Assembly: GCA_964448115.1 (NCBI GenBank)
Contig: CAYUVA010000040.1
Coordinates: forward strand, 1 to 43,589
Source of the DNA: an uncultured bacterium
GTDB lineage: Bacteria > CAYUVA01
Length of the DNA stretch: 43,589 bases
Direction: 5' to 3'
The notes below the pieces were generated by a model. The model made no database searches. It had not been told where the DNA came from and saw only the letters and a program-made list of their open reading frames with translations. Positions 37,706 to 43,589 of this stretch are shown piece by piece; the stretch's first letter is position 1, and every line of letters starts with the position of its first letter. The translations under genes were made by a program, and so were the position numbers.

Positions 37706-40357
37706 TTAATCGGTTGCCACCAGGTATGGCCAGAGGTCGGACTTGTTGAGCAATAAATCGGTGGCGAGCATCTCCAATGGATAAATGCCTGGAGGTGCGC
37801 CCGGATCCACTTGGATTATCAGCCAGAACAAACCGTCGCCGGGTACCGTATCGCCGGATGTGCCATCATCCTTCAAGTGAACCCCGGTGGGGATTCCTTG
37901 GTAATAAAGCTCGATGCTCTGGATATCGCTGGCGCCGTTAATGTCTTCAGCGTAAGCCACCACGGATAAAGTTCCCCCGTTTGCGGTGGTGATCATGCTA
38001 TCCCAGTAGCCGGCGACCCTAATATAAGGTCTCCCTTCGGGGGTAAGCTGAAAGTCCCTGGTCTTGGTTTGTCCGTCGAACAGGAAGGTAACTGTCTGTG
38101 GGGTCGCGGGATGATACCCGGCAGCCACTGCCTCGACTAGCCAAATACCCGGCTTGGTGGGAAGCTGATAATAGCCATTGGGACCGGTTTTGGTCTCCAC
38201 AATGCGCAGGGGATCCGTCTTGGCAGCTATCACAGAAGCGCGGCTGATACCCTGCCCGGTTAAGGCATCGGTTACCCGACCTTCTAGTGTACAAGTGCCT
38301 TTTTCCAGAACTATCTCCAGGTACTTGATGAATCCGGCGTGAAGGGTTTCTCTACTACCCTCATAGGGGAAATATCCCCTGGCTATTGCCTCCTCGTTGT
38401 CGATGAAAATGAGATGGTCTCCAGCGATGGAATCGAAGTTATACCAGCCATACTGTCCGCTCTGCATTGCAAGCGTGTACTGTTTTTCGATGTTCACCAC
38501 ATATACGCCGATCCCGACCAGGCTTGTATTGTCATCGCCGATTACCCTGCCAGCAATGCCGCTGTTGGCAGTGTAAACCTTGAAGTCATGATATTTTACC
38601 TCATCTGCATCGATGTCGAACTGGTACATCACATCAGCCGGCACCCAGTTGTTTTGCTCTATAAGATCTCCAGGCAATCCAGCCACCCACTCCTCGGCGA
38701 ACAACCCCAACGAGTAGTTTCCATCAGCATCGGAACTGGTGATATTGAAGTAATCCTCCCGATAGCCAAAGAGCGTGATCCCAGGCAATGGCTGATCATC
38801 CAGGTAAACCGTGCCCTTGAGGAAAGACTCGATATTCTTAAGATCGAAATCCACGGTCTGTGTCTCGCCATCGCTGACCTCAACCTCGACCCTCTGGGGA
38901 ATTACATAGGGGAACTCCTCCATGTATCCGGGCACAGGGCTGATATTCAGAATCCCAGGCTCAACGAGGATATGATAATAGCCATCTGAAGCGGAGCTGG
39001 TGGAGTATTCCATACCCATCTGGTGCTCGGCATGGACTATGATCCCCTGTATAGGCTCTCCTTCGAGGGTAACAGTCCCTTGTATTGCTGAGTTGTACTT
39101 TTGGAGGCTAAAATCAATACCGGTCAGCACGCAAGTATCCTGCAGGTCAACAAAGTAGGGATCCGGAGCCAAATATCCGAGTTGATAGAGCTTTTCCTCA
39201 TCGAGTTGAATAATGTAACTCTCCCCGAGCAAACCGATGCAATAGCAACCGTTTAGATCTGATATCCCCTCTGAATAACCGGCGCTCTGTTTAATCCCCG
39301 GCGAGGCTGAGACGGTTATGCCGATGACCGGTTCATTGCTCTCGGCATCGGTTATTCTACCCAGTACAGTGCATTGGAATTGGCGTACTTCCAGGTCGGT
39401 GGAAGTTGTCTGTCCCGGTTCGACATTCACCTCAAGGAAATCCTGCATTGCCACCATTCCATAAGATGCAAGCGAGTCCAAGCTGACCTCTACTCCCCAA
39501 TAACCAGGTGTTGCATTGAGTCGGGCGCGATTGTTGGTGCCGCTCAGTCCGAATGACAAAACCGGTTGCTCACCTTGTTGCGCCATGAAGTTCACCCCGA
39601 CAAAGCTGCCGTTCTTGCCAGTTTGCCTTATGACTATCGTCATCTGCGAGTCTGCCTGAAGAAGATCCAACACAACATCGCCAATTGTCTCTCCATCGAA
39701 GATATCAACACTTTGCATGCTGCTATAGAAGTCGCTGTAATAATCATCGAAGCCAATACCGATGATATAATAGGAGCCGGCGGCTGGCGGATACATGGAG
39801 AGATTACCTGCCTGGTCGCCCACGGAGACGCGCAATGGTTCGTCTAAGCTGGCTGGCATTAGCATAGCGAATCCCCCTGGCACCCCGCTATTCTCGTGTT
39901 GCACCTGGCAGTCTATTCTCATGCCCATATCAGCAGGCTCGACAACTAATACACCCATAGCCTCGTTCTGACAGGAGTCGGTTACATTGAAAAGCATCTG
40001 CCCCAAAAAATTGGGTGGATGAAGCATTTTCATCTCCAGGGTTATATTCCCATCAGCAGCCAGGTCGATATCGTAGGGTATATTAGTGTTGGACAGGCGA
40101 GGAGCCTGCCCATCAGTTACATAATGCGCGCTGTACATTCGGTCGTAAGCATCGATCGCACCGTTTTTATTGACATCGATGTATGCCTGGAATAGCAGTT
40201 CCTCGCCAGGGGTGCAGTCGGCAGTTATGTAAACATAGCCAATAAAGTCCTCATCGATAGTATCCGGTGAGATGATAACCTCTGTTAGTGCCATTCCTTG
40301 CGAAAACAATATCATTATGCCCATCATTACTAACGGATGAATTCCTCTGCTTCTCAT
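37706..40357 (-). CDS. Secreted protein with multiple carboxypeptidase-regulatory-like beta-sandwich repeats and the shared C-terminal GYWD/WPYL domain
   Basis: AAAGGAG RBS; signal peptide; DVNKNGAID Ca-loop-like motif; repeats such as GRITDAESNEPVIGITV, GTVTLEGEPIQGIIV, GRVTDALTGQGISRASV; C-terminus RPYIRVAGYWDS...LKDDGTSGD...GDG...LWPYLVATD. Confidence 0.85.
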   Translation of the reverse strand: MRSRGIHPLVMMGIMILFSQGMALTEVIISPDTIDEDFIGYVYITADCTPGEELLFQAYIDVNKNGAIDAYDRMYSAHYVTDGQAPRLSNTNIPYDIDLAADGNITLEMKMLHPPNFLGQMLFNVTDSCQNEAMGVLVVEPADMGMRIDCQVQHENSGVPGGFAMLMPASLDEPLRVSVGDQAGNLSMYPPAAGSYYIIGIGFDDYYSDFYSSMQSVDIFDGETIGDVVLDLLQADSQMTIVIRQTGKNGSFVGVNFMAQQGEQPVLSFGLSGTNNRARLNATPGYWGVEVSLDSLASYGMVAMQDFLEVNVEPGQTTSTDLEVRQFQCTVLGRITDAESNEPVIGITVSASPGIKQSAGYSEGISDLNGCYCIGLLGESYIIQLDEEKLYQLGYLAPDPYFVDLQDTCVLTGIDFSLQKYNSAIQGTVTLEGEPIQGIIVHAEHQMGMEYSTSSASDGYYHILVEPGILNISPVPGYMEEFPYVIPQRVEVEVSDGETQTVDFDLKNIESFLKGTVYLDDQPLPGITLFGYREDYFNITSSDADGNYSLGLFAEEWVAGLPGDLIEQNNWVPADVMYQFDIDADEVKYHDFKVYTANSGIAGRVIGDDNTSLVGIGVYVVNIEKQYTLAMQSGQYGWYNFDSIAGDHLIFIDNEEAIARGYFPYEGSRETLHAGFIKYLEIVLEKGTCTLEGRVTDALTGQGISRASVIAAKTDPLRIVETKTGPNGYYQLPTKPGIWLVEAVAAGYHPATPQTVTFLFDGQTKTRDFQLTPEGRPYIRVAGYWDSMITTANGGTLSVVAYAEDINGASDIQSIELYYQGIPTGVHLKDDGTSGDTVPGDGLFWLIIQVDPGAPPGIYPLEMLATDLLLNKSDLWPYLVATD

Positions 40358-40470
40358 GCTTATATCTCCTTTAATATGATTGTTCCCATAGCTTGCTAGT
40401 CAACTATTTTGTTATACGGGAATTACATAAAAATATTAAATAAAAACAAAGGGGTCCTCGCTTGAAAGAC

Positions 40471-40827
40471 CTATTTATTTTCTTGTAGATCATCGCATTT
40501 CTCCTCAATACAGGTGAAGTTTACTGGTATTGAGAATGCAAATCCATTGCCGGTGCCCTGGAAGGAGCCGACCACATCTTGTACTTTCTTAACGATCTCC
40601 TTAACCTTGTTCATATCCGGAAGCACGGTAAAAATTGTCTTATTACGCGGGCGAGCGCCGGACATCATGTCCCTGAAGGCTGCAAAGATGGGGATGTTCT
40701 CAGAGATGATCCTGCCCATGCCCACGCTGTCGATTATCGTGGCGCCAGTAACCCCTAGCTCCAAGAATAATGTAAGGACATCGTCCAGGTATTCTTCTCT
40801 GTTGAGTATTATGACTAGTAGTTCCAT
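40471..40827 (-). CDS. PII-like signal transduction protein
   Basis: 118 aa; LLVIILN, GVTGATIIDSVGMGR, KTIFTV, GNGFAFSIPV. PII fold pattern without the GlnB/GlnK T-loop signature. Confidence 0.75.
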   Translation of the reverse strand: MELLVIILNREEYLDDVLTLFLELGVTGATIIDSVGMGRIISENIPIFAAFRDMMSGARPRNKTIFTVLPDMNKVKEIVKKVQDVVGSFQGTGNGFAFSIPVNFTCIEEKCDDLQENK

Positions 40828-40953
40828 ACTGTTAAAAAGGAAGCTAGCACAAGCATTTAAGAACTGTCAATATGGAAAGAAGCAAGCATGTAAGCGTATA
40901 ATAGCTTTCTAGAAATATATTCGATATGATGCTAGTAACCTGAAAGAAGTTTT

Positions 40954-42237
40954 ATGTATCCCTTACCAAAGTTAGACAGCATCAAAGGTAACTTCCAAGT
41001 ACCAGGCGATAAATCGATCTCCATAAGAAGCCTGCTTATAGGTTCTTGCGCTGATGGCACAAGCATAATTCGTAATCTAAATCCTTGTCTCGATGTCCAT
41101 AGCACAATCTCCTGCCTTGAACATCTTGGTATAAGCATAAATAGCACCGCTGATATAACTATCGTTCAAGGACTAGGCTCAGATGGACTGGCTCCACGAG
41201 GAAATACTTTGAATGCGGGTAACAGTGCGACCCTGATGCGATTGTTAGCAGGAATACTTGCGTCTAGAAATATCCAGGTAACCCTTACTGGTGATCAGTC
41301 ACTTCTGCAACGCCCAATGGAGCGAATAATCGAGCCATTAAGTTATATGGGAGCATCTATTGATTCAAATAATGGCTATCCACCGCTTGTATTCAAGAAG
41401 GGAAATAAAGATAGGCTAAAGGGGATTGAATATGAACTAAAGGTGGCTAGCGCGCAGGTCAAATCGTGTCTTATCCTGGCAGGTTTAGCCGGGCAAGGGG
41501 AGACTATCTTGACTGGCAAGATAAACACTCGAAATCACACCGAACTGATGTTGAAGGATATGAATATAGATATTGATATCCAACCTGAGCGCATCATGGT
41601 GCCGGGTGGACAAATCCCGCAGGCAGCCGAGATACATGTTCCAGGGGATGTATCTTCAGCGATGTATCTTGTAGCTATGAGTCTGCTGCTTCCAGAATCG
41701 AAGATCACCATCGAGAATGTCGGGATAAATCCGACTAGAATCCGAGCGCTGGAGATACTAACTGAAGCTGGCTCCCAAATAAAGATCCTGCATAAAGGAT
41801 ATCATGGCTTAGAGCCTTGTGGTGATATTGTCGCAGAATCATCTCGAATATCTCCCTTTGATATAAGGTCCGAACAGATTCCTTTAGTCATCGATGAGAT
41901 TCCAATTTTGGCTTTGTTGGCAGCTTTCACGAGGGGAACTAGCAGATTTATTGGATGCCATGAGCTGCGTGGAAAGGAAAGCGACCGACTTGCATCAATC
42001 GCCTATAATCTTGGGATGATGGGAAGCGCTGTTAAGGTTATTGGAGATGACCTTATTGTTACCGGTGATCCAAGTGCTCTGCATGGTGGTAATTTCAAGT
42101 CCTATGGGGATCATCGCATCGCGCTGACATTCTCGATAGCGGGAATGATCTTGGGCGATTCCAGTATCGATGATATAAATGTAGCCAACATTTCTTATCC
42201 TGACTTTGTGGAATTTGTAAATTCACATCTTCCATGA
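40954..42237 (+). CDS. aroA: 3-phosphoshikimate 1-carboxyvinyltransferase (EPSP synthase, class II-like)
   Basis: PGDKSIS, GNSAT..R, RPMERI, SAQVKS, RNHTE, PGDVSSA, NPTR, IDEIP, ELRGKESDR, DHRIA. Confidence 0.96.
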   Translation: MYPLPKLDSIKGNFQVPGDKSISIRSLLIGSCADGTSIIRNLNPCLDVHSTISCLEHLGISINSTADITIVQGLGSDGLAPRGNTLNAGNSATLMRLLAGILASRNIQVTLTGDQSLLQRPMERIIEPLSYMGASIDSNNGYPPLVFKKGNKDRLKGIEYELKVASAQVKSCLILAGLAGQGETILTGKINTRNHTELMLKDMNIDIDIQPERIMVPGGQIPQAAEIHVPGDVSSAMYLVAMSLLLPESKITIENVGINPTRIRALEILTEAGSQIKILHKGYHGLEPCGDIVAESSRISPFDIRSEQIPLVIDEIPILALLAAFTRGTSRFIGCHELRGKESDRLASIAYNLGMMGSAVKVIGDDLIVTGDPSALHGGNFKSYGDHRIALTFSIAGMILGDSSIDDINVANISYPDFVEFVNSHLP

Positions 42238-42267
42238 TTCATTCTTCAGAAAAAATTGTTTTTTTTC

Positions 42268-42296
42268 TTGCATTTCTAATAAAAGGGTGTTATATT
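42268..42296 (+). promoter_or_regulatory. Putative sigma70 promoter (extended -10)
   Basis: TTGCAT-17 nt-TATATT with TGn immediately before the -10; AGGAAGG RBS before the ATG at 42337. Confidence 0.55.
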
Positions 42297-42336
42297 AGAA
42301 ATGTACTCATATATAAGCGCTTATAGGAAGGTTGCG

Positions 42337-43589
42337 ATGACAAGAATTAAGTTCTTTTTTCCAATTATTCTCATCCTAACAACCTGCTCCATTGCAGCAG
42401 CGGGTAGAATATCGGGACATGTATATTATTATGGTACCCGAACAGGACAATTGATCGTTGTGGCAATGGAACCTGGAACTGATAATGTTGTGGAATACGA
42501 TTTAAGAGAGAATCCTTCGTATCCTGAGCCTTATACCCTTTACACCCTGTGGACATCTTATGATGTTAAAGCCTTTATGGATGTCAATGGGAACCAACAG
42601 CCAGATGCTGGGGATGCTATAGGTGAATATCCCAATAATCCGGTAGAGGTCAATTATGGTATCGTTACTGGGATCGATTTTACAATATACGATTGGGATC
42701 CAACAGCAACTCCAACCGAAGTACCGACAGCTACGGACCTTCCGACCACCACTCCCACTAGAACACCGACCAGAACCCCCTCCAACACGCCGACACCATC
42801 GAATACACCATCTAAAACGCCAACAATGACCCCGACACTTACAGGGACGCAGACCCCGACAGCGACCTCCACCCCCACGGCAACCTATTTCCCGGACACA
42901 ACCATCTATGTTGACATAAACGCTACTTATCCCGGTGCTGGCACTCATGATAACCCATACAAGTACATCAACCAGGCTCTTTATGTTGCCTCTGATTACC
43001 ATACTATCCTTATCGCCGAGGGAACCTACAATGAACAACTCTTTATCAGGGGCAGCAAGTTCAGCGGTGATACGACCAGTATAATCATTAGAGGTGGATA
43101 TCGGAATAACGGGCAGCCGGGATGGCAATACGACTTCAGGACTTATGAGACCATCATTGACGGACAAAATACGCTCGGACCACTTGTCGATATCAATATT
43201 ACTTGCACTATCGAGGAGATCACCTTCAAGAATGCCTCCGGCACCAATGGTGGAGCGATATACATCAACGGTGATAGCTTTATTCCTATCCCTAAAATCA
43301 GATATTGCAAATTTATTGATAACAATGCCACTTATGGCGGTGGCATATATGTAGGTGGCCTTTATGTGGAGATGGAAGGTTGCTTGTTCCAGGGCAATTA
43401 TTCCAGCAGCCATGGTGGAGCGATGTATGCTACTGACTGCTATTTTTATCCAACTAATTGCATAATCGCCAGAAACCAGGCTGGCGGATACGGTGGTGCA
43501 GCATATATCACGGATACAGGACATATCGGCTTCAGACACTGTACAGTAGCGGATAATAGGGGACAGAGTAATTATGGCGGGGTATATAG
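42337..43589 (+). CDS. Secreted protein with PT linker and right-handed beta-helix (DUF1565/pectin-lyase-like, GGA[IM] repeats); truncated at the window end
   Basis: Not in the ORF track (no stop in the window). Manual translation gives MTRIKFFFPIILILTTCSIAAA..., FMDVNGNQQPD, a PT linker, IYVD...GTHDNPYKYINQAL...IAEGTY, and repeats GGAIY, FIDNNATYGGGIY, FQGN...GGAMY, GGAAY. Confidence 0.88.
   Translation, partial: MTRIKFFFPIILILTTCSIAAAGRISGHVYYYGTRTGQLIVVAMEPGTDNVVEYDLRENPSYPEPYTLYTLWTSYDVKAFMDVNGNQQPDAGDAIGEYPNNPVEVNYGIVTGIDFTIYDWDPTATPTEVPTATDLPTTTPTRTPTRTPSNTPTPSNTPSKTPTMTPTLTGTQTPTATSTPTATYFPDTTIYVDINATYPGAGTHDNPYKYINQALYVASDYHTILIAEGTYNEQLFIRGSKFSGDTTSIIIRGGYRNNGQPGWQYDFRTYETIIDGQNTLGPLVDINITCTIEEITFKNASGTNGGAIYINGDSFIPIPKIRYCKFIDNNATYGGGIYVGGLYVEMEGCLFQGNYSSSHGGAMYATDCYFYPTNCIIARNQAGGYGGAAYITDTGHIGFRHCTVADNRGQSNYGGVY

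Noticed and set aside
42502-43539. 345-aa minus-strand ORF
   Set aside because: Antisense shadow of the + strand gene starting at 42337, which has a promoter, RBS and recognisable motifs.

Overview
This 43.6 kb window is bacterial chromosomal DNA, probably from a diderm (it encodes a secretin and an LpxH-like enzyme); the taxon cannot be assigned from sequence alone. It holds a complete-looking type II secretion cluster (gspE-F-G-H-I-J-K-L-M-C-D; no prepilin peptidase in the window) followed by an Ig-like repeat surface protein. Housekeeping-type genes include rtcB, lpxH-like, a CN-hydrolase, yihY, an amidase, a DUF151 nuclease, a heterodimeric ABC exporter, a PII-like protein and aroA. Several large signal-peptide proteins are dispersed across the window, most with Pro/Thr linkers. 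Two signals stand out. (1) Four otherwise largely unrelated secreted proteins end in the same ~100-110 aa domain (five copies; GY[WM]D...LxDDGxxGD...GDG...WPxL at the C-terminus), a candidate sorting/docking module that may be linked to the T2SS. (2) A stand-alone, translationally coupled pair encodes a small protein starting MGTS and a QatC-type QueC enzyme, with no qatA/qatD; it is a candidate minimal protein-deazaguanylation module. No rRNA, tRNA, CRISPR array or transposase was recognised. All calls come from reading motifs by eye; no database searches were run.
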